The notes: a model not told the origin generated them from the letters alone. 64,000 nt of DNA from Octopus vulgaris (GCA_951406725.2 OX597817.1:132370001-132434000); one strand, 5' to 3'; shown: positions 1-13,319, counted from the first letter of the stretch. Numbers and translations are program-made.

Positions 1-559
1 ATGAAATAAAACGGAAAAAGAGAGAAGACGAAGAGACAAAATGTCGGCGAAGCAGGTGGCGGGAGAAATCTCGCGCCATTTGACGTTTAAAACCCAATTA
101 CAGACAGAATACATTCTGGGAATAAAAGAAGCTGTAAAACAGAAACGCGAATAAAGATGGCAGCAGGAACACAACAACGACAGCGGCGGCGGCGGCAGCA
201 GCAGCAGCAGCAGCAGCAGTAACAAAAGCAAGAAAAAAAACAACCCAAAATTCATTGGAAAGACGAGCGTTTTTGGTGAGAGAAGACGGTATGCCTTAAC
301 CATGATGAACATACGGTGGTCCATAGTTGACGGAGACAAGAGGTAACCAAGCGTGAAATGTTGGCGTTCTTTCCATCAGATGATCTTTAGAAGCTAATAT
401 TTCCTCGCGACCGTTTTTCATTATCTATTTTTATCCTTTATCAAATCTTTTAAGACATTATACGTTTCCTTTTCTTTTTCCTTTTTCCTTCTTTTTCCTT
501 TTTCCTTCAGTTTTTCCCGTTCATCTCTCATCCGTTGAATTCATTTGCCTTCATCCGTT

Positions 560-1082
560 TCGCTTCTTCTTCATTTTCACTTTTGCCTTTTTTCCATTCC
601 GCTCCCTTTTCTTCATCCTTTCATCTCTCTCTCTGTCTCTCTCATTCTTTCTCTCTCTCTTTCTATCCATCTATCTATAAATCTCTCTCTCCTCCTTTCT
701 CTCTCTCTCTCTCTCTCTCCTTCCTTCTCTCTCTCTCTCTCCTTCTTTCTCTCTCTCTCCCTCTCTCTCTGCCTATGAATCTATCTATAAATCTCTCTCT
801 CCTTCTTTCCCTGTCTCCTTCTTCCTCTCTATCTACCTATCTAACTATCTATCTGTAAATCTCTCTCTCTTTCTCTCTCTCTCTCCTCGCCCTCTCTATC
901 TAATTATCTATCTATCTATCTAAATCTCTCTCTCTTTCTGTCTCCCTCCCTCCCCCTCTCTATCTACCTATCTATCTATAAATCTTTCTCTCTCGTTCTC
1001 TTCCTCGCCTTCTCCCTCTCTCTATCTATCTATAAACCTCTCTCACTTTCTCTCTCTCGCTCTCCCTCTCTATCTATCTATT
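560..1082. repeat. (CT)n/(CTAT)n polypyrimidine microsatellite block
   Basis: Directly visible simple repeats; the ORFs 535-858 and 545-778 are artefacts of them. Confidence 0.9.
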
Positions 1083-1454
1083 CGTATTGCCGTCAAGGTT
1101 TTTGTAAACGCTGGAGTCAATTCGAAATTGACGCCTTCACGTGCCAGATGGTAAAACCAAAATCCTTATCTACTGCTCCGTTGACTACTTCTTGGAACTG
1201 CTTTGTTTTGTCTTATTTTTAATATCATCATTATTATGATTGTTATATTTCTTGGCAGTCGTTGTTGTTGTTGTTGGTGGTGGTGATATTTTTCATTGTC
1301 TTTGAGTCTTAACATACATCAAACTGTTTGTGAAGATTGTTCGACGATGGAATTTTAAGATGGAATCACCGCTTCTGCTACAAAGGCTAATATGAATGCT
1401 TTGCAGTGATTTATGAGAAATACGGTGAAAATCAAGATGATTTTATATTTATCT

Positions 1455-1853
1455 TTTTCTACTCTCGGCACAAGACCCGAAATTTTGAGAGAGGGGTGGC
1501 CAGTCGATTAGATCGACACCAGTAGGCAGCTGGTACTTAATTTATCGACCTCGAAGCGATGATAGGCAAAGACGACCTCGGTAGACTTTGAACTCAGAAC
1601 ATAAAGACAGACGAAATGCCTATTTCTTTACTACGCACAAGGAGCTAAACACAGAGAGGACAAACAAGGACAGACAAACGAATTAAGTCGATTATATCGA
1701 CCCCAGTGCGTAACTGGTACTTATTTAATCGACTCCGAAAGGATGAAAGGCAAAGTCGACCTCGGTGGAATTTGAACTCAGAACGTAGTGGCAAACGAAA
1801 TACCGCTAAGCATTTTGCCCGGCGTGCTAACGTTTCTGCCAGCTCGCCGCCTT
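1455..1853 (-). mobile_element. tRNA-derived SINE family B (Deu/Nin-domain-like core), tandem copy
   Basis: Reverse complement reads GGCGGCGAGCTGGCAGAAACGTTAGCACGCCGGGC...GAGTTCAAATTCC..GAGGTCGACTTTGCCTTTCATCCTTTCGG..TCGAT..ATAAGTACCAG; same sequence recurs at 19.3, 24.6, 31.2, 35.4, 36.9 and 48.5 kb. Confidence 0.8.
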
Positions 1854-2814
1854 TTATAGCTTATATTTATTAAATTTACAATGTTAACAGGAAGCACGAT
1901 TTTATAATTCTGTGTATGTGTGTGTGTGTGTGTGTTTTATTTTGTATGCGTGCAGTTTTTTTCACTGTTTCGTTGTGGAGGAAAAGCATTGCACATGAAC
2001 CATTGTTTGTTCAGAAACAAAATTCTGGGAATGGTGCGATGGACTTACCTCCAACCTTGCAATCGAACTTGAATGCCTCCCACAATTGAACACCGCGAAA
2101 TTCGTTACAGAATGAGACGACAGGGCGCTGCAGTTCGGACACTGGCGATTTGGCACGACTAATTGGACATTGAGTCCATTTTAGTGGAAGTAACGTTTAT
2201 AATTGGGGGTTCACATGCGCAGACATACAGACGCATGCACAGAAATATACCCTCACTGATAGAAATAATTAGAGAGGTAGAGAGAGAAATGTTACAACTT
2301 TTTTAATTGAAATCAATTGACACAAACACTTTACATTTAATACATATAGAGAAAAGTTTTGTCATACACACAAACACACACACAGGCACACACATACACA
2401 GAAACAAACACGCATACACACAAACACACACACACACACACACAAGCGCACACACACACGGAAAGAGGGAGAAGACAAGAGAAACAGTGAAACGAGACAA
2501 AACATTTAAACGGTTGTTACAAAGTCAACGTCGAGTCAGCGGCGCCAGATAGGCGGCACCAAATCTTCTCATACTCAGTCACCGAACGAGCGTAACAGTG
2601 GTTCTTAATCCAACTGAAGGATAACATCTACCACCAGAAAAACAAAGCACAAATTTTGAAACAAATCCTATAAGTTATCCGACACGTATCGTTGTGAGGC
2701 TTAGTGAGAAGCTCGCTTTCAAACCAAATGGTTTTCGGATCAGCCACATTTCGCATCATCTTGAGTGACCAAGACTTTGTTAGTGAATTTGGAAGGCGGA
2801 AACTGTGCGGAAGC

Positions 2815-3226
2815 CGATTTTTCCTTCGTCTGCCGCAAAGGCATTTATTTCAAAATACGCCAGCTAAGATAAGTTAAATTGTCTAAAGTCGTAAGGCACC
2901 CGCTGTTTTTGTCCTGTTATTACCATTCTTGGTTTTATTTTTTTTTGTTTTTTGTATTTATTTTCGTGTGGCATCGTCCGTTTTTCTGTACTTGTTTCGT
3001 ATACATTCGATCCTTTTTCCAAGAAATCTAATGCTCGCAGCTTAGTTTTTCCTTGGGGCTGGCCGGATCGGAGCGATATCAGGATTAATCAGCCGAAATT
3101 TGCGAGGAAGATCCGGTTCCTGACTGAAGATTAGAGGCTTCGAATGACCTGTCCGTTTTTTGTGTCGTCTCTTTGTCTATTTTGCGTTCTTGTCCCATTT
3201 TGTATTTTTATATATAATTTTTATAC

Positions 3227-3282
<56 letters not shown>

Positions 3283-3490
3283 TATACACACACATATATA
3301 TATATATATATGTACTTACATACAAGGCCAAAAAGGGTACGGGCGCTGCTATATATATATGTATATGTAAAAAAATACAAACTGGGACAAGAACGCAAAA
3401 CATTTAGAAGACGATACAAAAAACACGGACGGGACATTTTTTGTATCGTCTTCTAAATGTTTTGCGTTCTTGCCCCAGTTTGTATTATTT
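2815..3490 (+). mobile_element. Non-coding repeat family X (terminal-repeat element) with inverted copy of its terminal repeat
   Basis: 2950-3210 matches 29010-29270, 29745-30000 and the reverse of 43610-43810; 3373-3490 is a foldback of the terminal-repeat end; 3308-3352 matches the reverse of 29322-29367. Confidence 0.75.
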
Positions 3491-3508
3491 TACATATACA
3501 TACATACA

Positions 3509-3542
<34 letters not shown>

Positions 3543-3578
3543 CATACATATAAAACATATAAATATATACACACACAC

Positions 3579-3646
<68 letters not shown>

Positions 3647-3649
3647 TAA

Positions 3650-3943
3650 AAATATAGTGTACCAAAATTTTAGAAATTTCACTACTAGTGGCCTAGCATG
3701 TGTAATAAATCAACAGACAACATATCTTTCATATAAAATTAGGCTACATTTAAACACAAAGGAGGCGCCCCTTAACAGGCAGCCTTACATGCTAGAAGGA
3801 GCAGTCAAAACGTCCAAAATCACATTTAAGTGCAATTTCGAACGGAATGAAAAATAAAAACTTTGACCTTGTTTTTTACAGCATGTAAGGGTGCCTGTTA
3901 AGGGTCGCCTCTTTTGTGTTTAAATGTACATTAACTTTATATG

Positions 3944-3945
<2 letters not shown>
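3650..3945. repeat. (TA)n-flanked foldback element with ~49-bp inverted arms (3746-3794 / 3880-3928) and a one-sided tail
   Basis: TACATTTAAACACAAAGGAGGCGCCCCTTAACAGGCAGCCTTACATGCT versus its near-perfect reverse complement; no intact ribozyme core seen. Confidence 0.7.
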
Positions 3946-4000
<55 letters not shown>

Positions 4001-4009
4001 ATATATATA

Positions 4010-4320
4010 GGAGGAAGAAACCCCCTTCGGTTAGGAATGACCACCACAAACAACAACGACTACCAAGAAAGCCACCAGTCGCCCATGCATACCGACCTCC
4101 CCTCTCCATGCCATCAATGTTATCCAAGGGAAAGGGAAAGGGGCCGATACAGCTTGGCATCAGTGATATCGCAACTCATTTCTACGAATGAGTGAATTGG
4201 AGCAATGTGAAATAAAGTGTCTTGCTCAAGAACACAACACGCAAGCCAATCCGGGGATCGAACTCATAACCTAACGATCGAAAGCTCGACGCTCTAATTA
4301 CTGAGCCATGCGCCTTCACA
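4010..4320 (-). mobile_element. tRNA-derived SINE family C
   Basis: Head GTGAAGGCGCATGGCTCAGTAATTAGAGCG...GAGTTCGATCCCCGG then GTGTTGTGTTCTTGAGCAAGACACTTTATTTCAC; related copies at 12925-13258, 42925-43208 and 51240-51360. Confidence 0.75.
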
Positions 4321-5932
4321 CAGACACACACACACATATATGGTGGGTATTTGTGTGTCCATGTGTTTATGCGTTTGTTACCCACCCCGGTTGGCGATCG
4401 GTGTTGATTTGTTGACATTCCTGTGCATTTCCGTTTCGGCAAAATTGAACGATAGAATAAATACCAGACTTAAAAGACAAAATGTCTGAGGGCGATTTTA
4501 GTAACTGAAACTCTTGAAGGTGTTGCTGCAGCATGGCCGCAGTTCAAAGCCTGAAACAAGTAATACACAAATGATAAATCTGCGACCTTTAACACGCACT
4601 TTGTTTTACAGTCATTGAGATGCAAAGCTGAGTTAGACAGGATTTGAACTCAGAGCGACGAGAGCTGGAATAAACACTACAAGTCTTTCCGTTTTTCGCT
4701 CAAACGAAGCTCCCAACTAGCAGAGTTCTTCAGTTGAAGGTTCTTGCTAGTGGTCTCCATGGTTATGAAGATCACTGAATATACATAGAAAATCCAAGAG
4801 AGGAGAGTGAACCTTGAAAATGTTTACTTTAAGCGGGTCTCGTTGAGAATTGTAAGACCGAATTACCTACGTGTAGCCCAATCTAATTACTACATCTTTG
4901 ATGAGGTAATCGTTAAGTCGGATCAGGCTTATGTAATACTTAAAGCAACAGGAAGAATGTGCTTTTTAACAAATCGTTTTTAACGCTTGAACTCGATGTA
5001 GATAAAGCTATAAACTATAACGTGTAGGATTTTTTGAAAAAAAAAAAGAAGACTTGGGATGGAAAATATCAAAGGTTGTCAGCGGAATTCGAACCCTGTT
5101 TACATCATAAGTATCGAACCTGAAAAATATTTGAAATAAATTATTTTTAGCAATCGAACTCGAAGGAGATAAAGCTATAAGAGTGTAATAGTGTAGAATT
5201 TTGAGTCAACCTCCACTCCTGGATGGAAGAAATCGAAAGCTTCCCTTGAATTTATCTCCTTTTTTTAAGTCTTTCTCCACCATTGTTTTCCTTTTGCTTT
5301 TCCTCTATTACACACTCTTTTACTCTCCACCTCACCCTCTCATTCTACTATATAATATATCTGTCTCTGTCTGCCCCTCTCTCTCTCTCTCTCTAATACT
5401 TTCGCTCGTTACTTTCTCACAAATTTACATTACTTCCTATTATTTTTCTCATACCATAGAAACAAAAAATGATAATAATAATAATAAACGAAACAAAAAC
5501 AAAAGCAAATTAAAAAAAAAAATCCACAACAAAATAAATGTTTTAATTTATGTATTCTCACACGGTCATGTGAGCCGTATTTCGGCAGGTCATATTTAAA
5601 GAGTTGTTAGCCCGACAGGCTATTTTCATATCCTCGGTCAGGCTCTGATGGTTTCGGCCTCTCTTACACAAACTTCAAGATTCCTGTTCCTGGCATATGA
5701 CATGTTAATATGTTCCACTGAAACAAAGCAGAGCCAATTCTTCAATTCATTGACTTTCATGACTTTATGTTGAAGAGTTCCTAAATGAAAAAATCTCTTC
5801 GACGCAACCAGATTAGTTTTGAAGGATGATGAATGAAACAAAGAATGTCGTTGATGCCGAAATTACGAACCGAAAATGAATAAGTGTCTTGTGTCGAAAA
5901 TATTGTCTTGAAAAGTCTTATTGATTCTTGAT

Positions 5933-6542
5933 CAGGGGTGGGGGTGCAAAAGTAGGTATACAGTGAGTATCACATCAATTTTATAATATTTAATTCATTA
6001 AAACTATTAGCACATTAAATTAGCCAGCCTCGTTTATTTTTGGTGTCATTAATCATAATAATGCATTCATCATAACTATACTCTTTTACTCTTTAACTTG
6101 TTTCAATCATTTGACTGTGGCCATGCTGAAGCACCGCCTTTAGTCGACCAAATCGACCCCAGGACTTATACTTTGTAAGCCTAGTACTTATTCTATGGGT
6201 CTCTTTTGCCAAACCGCTAAGTTACGGGGACGTAAATACACCAGCATCGGTTGTCAAGCGATAGTGGGGGGAAAACACAAACACACAAACATATACACAC
6301 ACGTACATATATATATGTATATATACGATGGGCTTCTTTCAATTTCCAAATCCACTCACAAGGTTTTGATCGGTCCGAGGCTATAGTAGAAGTCACTTGC
6401 CCAAGGTGCCACGCAGGGGGACTGAACCTGGAACTATAATAGTACTTTTATCGCATCTTTTAATTTTTTTGATAAAAATATAGGAGTATTGTACGTATTT
6501 TCTCTTTTCATAACTTTCAACCTACTTTTGCACCACTCTGTA
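5933..6542. mobile_element. Tc1/mariner-like MITE remnant carrying a nested SINE
   Basis: GGTGCAAAAGTAGGT (~5943) is inverted by ACCTACTTTTGCACCACTCTGTA (~6520-6542); CAG-type terminus next to TA. Confidence 0.55.
6081..6431 (-). mobile_element. SINE family A, 5'-truncated, with apparent TSD AACTATA
   Basis: Family A body and tail; AACTATA at 6074-6080 and 6432-6438. Confidence 0.75.
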
Positions 6543-8465
6543 TACTTCCTGCAAAAACAGGCGACGAGCAGACAGGATCGTTGGCGCACTATTTTGCTGA
6601 GGTCGACTTTGCCTTTCATCTTTTCGTGTTTCACAAAATATGTACCAGTTGAAGACTGGGGTCGATGTAATCGGCTTACCCCCTCTCCCCTGAATTTGCT
6701 AGACCTGTGCCAAAATTTGAAGCCAATATATTTTCCAGCAAAGAGAGAGAGAGAGAGAGAGATTGTGTGTGTGTGTATGCGTGTGTGTGCGAAAGAGAGA
6801 GAGAGAGTGTGTGTGTGTGTGTGCGCGTGCGAAAGAGAGAGAGAGAGAGAGTATGTGTGTGTGTGAGAGAGAGTATGTGTGTGTGTGAGAGAGAGAAAGA
6901 GAGGGGGAAGGGTTGATAATAGTTGCTGATTAGACTTCTGATAACAGACATTTTGTGAAGGGCGTTCTTATCATGGCTGTCTTGTCCTTTCTTCAGATGT
7001 GATGTATTTAGAAATTGAAATAAATGTTCATAGTTTATATGATAGCAAGCAGAAAATTGTGCCATTCAGCCTTCGTAAAAGAAAATGTTCATGATATTAA
7101 AAGGAAACTACTTCGACGGGCTTTAAAACCGTTTCGTATTCTAGATTACCCGAGCGTTTTTTTTCTTCTCAAAGTCGATCGCCAAGTAGTCGTACTGTTA
7201 TTTTCTCTGAACTGTTCAGACGAGGGTTTAAATGAAGTGTTTCAATGTCGGTTCCCAGATGAGAAATACATTATCGTCACGATATATCTTGTTCTGTTCA
7301 GTGTAACTCTTTAACTTTGTTGTTTACAAACGTGCAAACGAACTGTAGCGGTGATTCGAAACCGAATCCCTGGATACGCACTCAGACAACACGAGCAAAC
7401 AACAACAGTTTCACGTGGTTGGTCTGTTAAGTAAGCAATCAACGCCAATCCATTGCATGATTCCATCTTCTAGAATCTTCCAGTGCCTTATTAAAAGCTG
7501 CTTTAGGTGGTAATTGATTGCAAAATTTTGAGGTAGCCGAACTAGGTGTCTCCATTCTTGCCACACCAGACGGTACTCGCAGACGGTTTAGACTGATGAA
7601 CAAGACCCTCCATCGCCACTAATATAGCACGATTGTTTCCATTTATGTTGGGCAAACTGCATGTTACTGTATCCGTAGTTTTCCGTAAACTTCAAGAGAT
7701 CCCAGTATGTAATTATCGTTACCGTTATCTGTAAAAGACCAACGCAATTTGACTTTTGTGCGATAATAAATTCTTTTCTTAAACGTTCGTGGGTGTTGTT
7801 CAGTTACTTCTACATGTCGCCCAACAAACATATTTTCATTCATCATCTCAACCACAGACCAAACCAAAAAACACCCAAGCGACAGAAGGATCAGTAATTA
7901 CTGTATTTACACCCACGGGTATATCACACATAACCTATTTTCCCACAGTAAATAGTCAATAAAGTTTATAATGTATTAAAGATTTTGAGGTGCCCACCTT
8001 TGTATATAGGATCCAAGGAGACTTTTCCTTTTTTTTTTTTTCGAGAAAGAGTGCGTCTTATATCCTATCCAATATATTTTCAGAAACTATCAAGCAGAAG
8101 TGTGAACGAGAAGAGCTGCAAGGTATCTCCTCCATTTGCTGTTTATCAAAGGAACGGAGTAATTACGTGGATGACGGATAAGTTCTAATCGAATATAATT
8201 AAAACAGCAAACTGGGGAGCCACAATAATCCACAATAGTCAGCTGTTGTGGGTCCATCACGATAAATTTGGCTTTAGATGTTTCTATTGCAAGAAACAAA
8301 TCAGATTCTTTCTCTGACATTTACATAGTTCAACCAACACACAAGGTTAATGTGTGGAAAGCAAAATAGGAATTTTAAAAGACCATTGCAGCGTGGAAGG
8401 TATTTATAAGCCATTTAAAAACTCACATAAAAACCGTTAGATTCACTTTAACGTTTAAATTTAAT

Positions 8466-8514
8466 TTGTCAAGATATTTTCGTCGCTTTGAAACCGCGAC
8501 CTGTTCACTGACAA
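8466..8514 (-). ncRNA. Possible variant hammerhead (G3:C8 swapped core)
   Basis: TTGTCA-GTGAACA-G-GTCGC(GGTTTCAAA)GCGAC-GAAA-ATATCT-TGACAA; stems I and II pair, core non-canonical, stem III unclear. Confidence 0.35.
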
Positions 8515-9137
8515 GCACACACTCTCAGATCAGGTCACTTGCTATGCAACTACATTTCCGTAATTTTAAAAGAATTATCTATACAACTAGCTTTTAAACA
8601 TCAAATGGCTAGCGGAGTTCACCAGAGTAAAACAGCAATCAAACGGGATACATAGATGAAAAATGGTTGACAACCACTGCCTTATATTCGTAAACGACTG
8701 TTACTTAAAAAAGAATGTTTATCATTTAAATGAAAGATTCTTCTAGAAAGATGAGAGGGACGCACTACTGCATGTCAGCTTTTTGCAATGAGGGAATGAC
8801 AATAAATCCATAGGGTTTAAGTACCACCTTATTGGTCAATCCAAGTAACACGAACTATCAGAGCCCAAAATTTGAGCTTTCCAGGTAACTTGGTAATTGT
8901 CTTGATCATAATATAAACAACAATACAGTCGGTCTGAAAGAAGATAACATTGAAACACGGCACTCCTATAACCTAGTATGATGATATATTTGTGGCTTCG
9001 TTTTTTTATTCCAGAATATAACAGTCACAATATTGTATATACCTACATTACCCTACAAAACCCTTTAAAAATATCTTTCATTGCGTGCCTGTTGAAACAT
9101 ACATTTGTTTAGTCCCACCAAATATACTCGTAAAACA

Positions 9138-9169
9138 AGGGTGCGTCTTATACGCCGTCAAATACGATA
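9138..9169 (+). mobile_element. pogo/Tigger-like right terminal inverted repeat remnant
   Basis: GTGCGTCTTATA-N6-CAAATACGATA resembles the recalled GTGCGTCTTATA...AAATACGGTA terminus; the motif start also occurs at ~8050. Confidence 0.35.
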
Positions 9170-9539
9170 TTTTCTTTTTCTTTTTTTTCTTTTTTTTATG
9201 TGTTTCTTTTAAGCAAATATGAGACGGCCGCGTTTGCAGTGAAGAAACTGAAGAGATATATAAAAGGACGATTCGTAAAGAACATCAAAGATTGAGGAGT
9301 GATGAATATGTATATATTACATTATATATATTATAGCGAGTTGTTATAGAATCGTTGTGTATGTGTATATATCACGGAGTTGATGGTGCTGATAGTGTAG
9401 ATAGTATAGGAACTGTAGATGATGTTGATAGAGCAATGATGAAGATGTGAATGTGACAGAGGTTAAGGTGAGAGATTAACAAAAAATGATGTGACATTAG
9501 CTTTTGTTTATTTGTAGATGGAACTGCATGGGACTTCTA

Positions 9540-9664
9540 CTGTATTATTATTGTTATTATTATTATTGTTGTTGTTGTTGTTGTTGTTATTATTATTATT
9601 ATTATTATTATTGTTGTTGTTGTTGTTGTTATCATTGTTATTATTATTGTAATTATTATTATTA

Positions 9665-9728
<64 letters not shown>

Positions 9729-9740
9729 CATCATCATCCT
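9540..9740. repeat. (ATT)n/(GTT)n microsatellite
   Basis: Visible trinucleotide repeat. Confidence 0.95.
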
Positions 9741-9864
9741 TATTGCAAGATGAATACTGTTGATGAAAGGAAGTAATCCTCTCGATACAAATAATTGATA
9801 GGAAGAGAAAAGTTTGGTGATGATTCAATCACGTGTAATAAGAAGCTGATTCATTGATGTGTTT

Positions 9865-9882
9865 ATGAGTGTGTACGTGTGT

Positions 9883-9918
<36 letters not shown>

Positions 9919-10545
9919 GTGTGCGTGTGTGTGTGAGAGCACAGACGTCAGAGCGTGAAAGGGTTAGAGTGTGTGCATGCAAGTGCGCTTGTGTGTGAGA
10001 GTGTGCGTGTGTGTGCCTGTTTGTGTGTGTGTGTGTGCGCGCGTGCGCCAGTGTTTGCGTGTATAAGTATGTGAATGTGTGAGTATGGTAGTGCGTGAGC
10101 ACATACGCCAGACGGTTAGAGTGTGTGCATGGAAGTGCGATAGTGTATCAATGCGTGTGTGTATGTGGCTGTGTGTATGTGTGTGTGTGTGTGAATGTGT
10201 GAGTGTGGTAGTGTGTGAGCACATGCGTCAGAATGCGATAGGGTTAGGGTGTGTGCATGGAAATGCGCTTGTGTCAACGTATGTATTCGCCTGTGTGTGT
10301 GTGTGTATGCCAGTGTGTGTCTATATGCCAGTGTGTGTGTGTGTATGCCAGTGTGTGTGTATGCCAGTGTGTGTGTGTGTCTATATGCCAGTGTGTGTGT
10401 GTGTCTATATGCCAGTGTGTGTGTGCATGCCAGTGTGTGCGTGTATGCCAGTGTGTGTGTGTATGCCAGTGTGTGTGTGTGTGTGTGTCAGTGTGTGTGT
10501 GTGTGTGTGTGTGTGTGTCAGTGTGTGTGTGTGTGGGTGTGTGCG
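9865..10545. repeat. (GT)n-based minisatellites: three degenerate ~130-150 bp units followed by a TATGCCAG(TG)n array
   Basis: GGTTAG(A/G)GTGTGTGCATG at ~9962, ~10114 and ~10242; about 8 ATGCCAGTGTGTG units at 10307-10470. Confidence 0.85.
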
Positions 10546-11168
10546 CCTAAATCTGCGGGTGTTTCACTATTTCAAAGCCTCTGTCATTGCGTGCGCGCAC
10601 GAGAGTGTATTTTTTGTGTGTGTATATCGATGTCTGCGGCCCTGAATAACTGTGTGGTTGTTTGTGTGTGTGAATATGTGAAAGAAAGCAAGAAAGACTG
10701 TATGAACGTTGTATACATATGCGAATATCGATGTGTATGCGTGTGTGTATGTGTGTGTGTCTGCATATATGCATGTCTCTGTGTGTATGGTGATGTGTGT
10801 CCGCATATGTGACGATGTATGAATATTGTGTACGCGTGTGTGTGTGTTTATGTGCTTGTGCGTGTGTGTGTGTGCACTTGTGACTGCATGCATACGCATG
10901 CACCTCTTTCTCCATGGGTATCGTGTTCAAGTGTGAATAACAATGTGTGCATTTGTGTGACACACTGTATGTGTGTGCGAAAGCGTATGTGTATGTGTGT
11001 GTGTGCGCGGGAGCGGGATGCGCGCTAATTGGAAACTGACGAGGGTGACAGAGGTCAGGGTTTCCGGTTTCGTATGACATAACAGGAAGTAGACGAGGTT
11101 AGAGATTTACAGATATCGCGGGAATCAAAACCTTTCATATCAGCTACAACAAATACAGAAACAAGCTG

Positions 11169-11206
<38 letters not shown>

Positions 11207-11548
11207 ATATCTACCTACCTTTCTATCCATTTCTCTGTCGGTCAGTCTGTCTGTCTATTCGCCTGTCAGTCTGAATATGTATATATGTGTATGTAAGGTT
11301 ATATGTATATGTACACACACACATATATTTCTAGATAGATAGATAGACAGATAGCTAGAGGGACAGATATATATCTGTGTATACAATTACATATGTATTC
11401 ATAAGTATGTGTATATATATATGTGTGTGTGTGACACGCACACATATATTCATAAACATATATAAATATGTATATACATATATATATATATATAGTTATG
11501 CATACACACATACACAAATATATATATATGTGTGTTTGTATATATATG

Positions 11549-11615
<67 letters not shown>

Positions 11616-11930
11616 ATGTATGTATGTATGTAGGAATGTGACTTTTTGCTTGCGTTCTGGTTGTTCCTCCACTGATTTATAACCGGTGTTGGATTGTTTA
11701 CGTCCCTGCTGCTTAGAGAAACGGTAAATAACTCCCGCACTGTCTCCAACTCTCTTTCTATGTATTTATCCTTCTATCTTTTTACCATTTAATAGCCACC
11801 TTCGTTACCATTCTGTTACTGATCGTTGATACGTTTGCGTCTAGGTTTGGATATTTACCCTATTAGGGCTTTAACTTTCTTGGATTTACACAGGATTGCA
11901 CCTAAGGTCTTACGGAGTTACTTCTCTCTA

Positions 11931-11965
<35 letters not shown>

Positions 11966-11998
11966 ATATATATATATATGCATATATCTGGTGGCCGG

Positions 11999-12057
11999 AT
12001 AACTGAAGAAATAGCGGCGTGGATTTCTACCACGGCATCCGAAACTAGGAGTTTTAT
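11999..12057 (+). ncRNA. Type I hammerhead ribozyme motif (same family as the 24.3-kb palindrome)
   Basis: ATAA-CTGAAGA-[..CGTGG/CCACG hairpin..CATCC]-GAAAC-TAGGA-GTT-TTAT; intact core, base of stem II decayed. Confidence 0.6.
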
Positions 12058-12099
12058 GTTGGCTCCCGAAAAATTGTCACATATTACATTTACACACAC

Positions 12100-12217
<118 letters not shown>

Positions 12218-12392
12218 CGGGCTTCTTTGAGATTCCGTCTACCAAGTCCACTCACAAGGTTTTGGTTGGCCCGAGGCTATAATACAAGACACTTGCCAAA
12301 AGTGCCAGCAGGCAGTGAGGCTGAACCCGGAGCCATGCGGTTTGTGGTTGGGAAGCAAGTTTTGTACCACACAATCACCACCCACTCTTGCG

Positions 12393-12395
<3 letters not shown>
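12218..12395 (-). mobile_element. SINE family A, 5' half
   Basis: Matches the family A head and CCTTGGGCAAGTGTC region. Confidence 0.7.
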
Positions 12396-12453
<58 letters not shown>

Positions 12454-12477
12454 CAAATGTATATATATATATATATA

Positions 12478-12862
12478 TAATAGAAATATTAAAATTACTA
12501 AGTCTCTATAAAAGAGATTATGGCAGAGATTAATTGTTATCGCCATATTAATATGGCATTCTTATAGATATAAGAATAATCGTTGCCATGGTCAGCTCCA
12601 TGAGGCCACCGCCATCAAGATAGCTATTGATACACGATCTGTATCCATTATAACCTTCGAACAAGGGAGGTCAGCCGCTTCACACTGCCAGTCCGACAGC
12701 TACAGACGCGTTTCGGGGTATTGCCCCTTGTCAATGTAGCGCAGTCAGACCCGCAGGTGTCGCCACTGACGTCTCTGTTCGAAGGCTTATATTTACCTAG
12801 TTTCAGTGGAATACATCCACTTGTTTTCAATAATAGAAATATTAAAATTACTAAGTCTCTCT
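12478..12862 (-). mobile_element. Penelope-like pLTR/retrozyme-like element with terminal direct repeat, in (TA)n
   Basis: AATAGAAATATTAAAATTACTAAGTCTCT repeated at ~12479 and ~12832; contains an HHR motif. Confidence 0.7.
12699..12740 (-). ncRNA. Minimal type I hammerhead, degenerate core
   Basis: GCTACA-TTGACAA-GGGG(CAATA)CCCC-GAAAC-GC-GTC-TGTAGC; 6-bp stem I, 4-bp stem II, palindromic ACGCGT stem III; core has U3 and A8 in place of C3 and G8. Confidence 0.7.
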
Positions 12863-12924
12863 CTCTATATATATATGAGCATATTTGTATTTCCATAGTA
12901 TTCATTTCATAAATCCTTATATAG

Positions 12925-13258
12925 GGTAAAGTGTAAAGACCCATTTCGGTCATAAATGACCATGGGATTGCTTCTAAAACGTTCCAAAGTTCCCTTCCGA
13001 AGCACAGTTCCGAGCGCGGTTGTTTATGGAAGGGCACCAGTCACCCATGCGTACCAGCCTCCCTTGTCGATGCCATCGATGTTGTCCAAGGCGAAGACAA
13101 AGCCCGACACAGTTCGGTGCCAGAGACCTCGCAACTCATTTCTACATCTGCGCGAAACGGAGCAACGTTAAACAAACACACAGCTCACTCCGAGAATCGA
13201 ACTCACTACTTTGTGACAGTGAACTCGACGTCCTAAACACGGAGCCATCTGCTTTCAC
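12925..13258 (-). mobile_element. SINE family C
   Basis: Homologous to 4010-4320. Confidence 0.7.
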
Positions 13259-13319
13259 ACAACCTTATATATTTTTGCGTGCGTGTGTGTATGTGTGTGT
13301 GTGAGTGCGCGTGTATATA

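Noticed and set aside
2044-2170. Minus-strand exon ending GAG|GTAAGT
   Set aside because: Good donor but no convincing acceptor and no recognisable peptide
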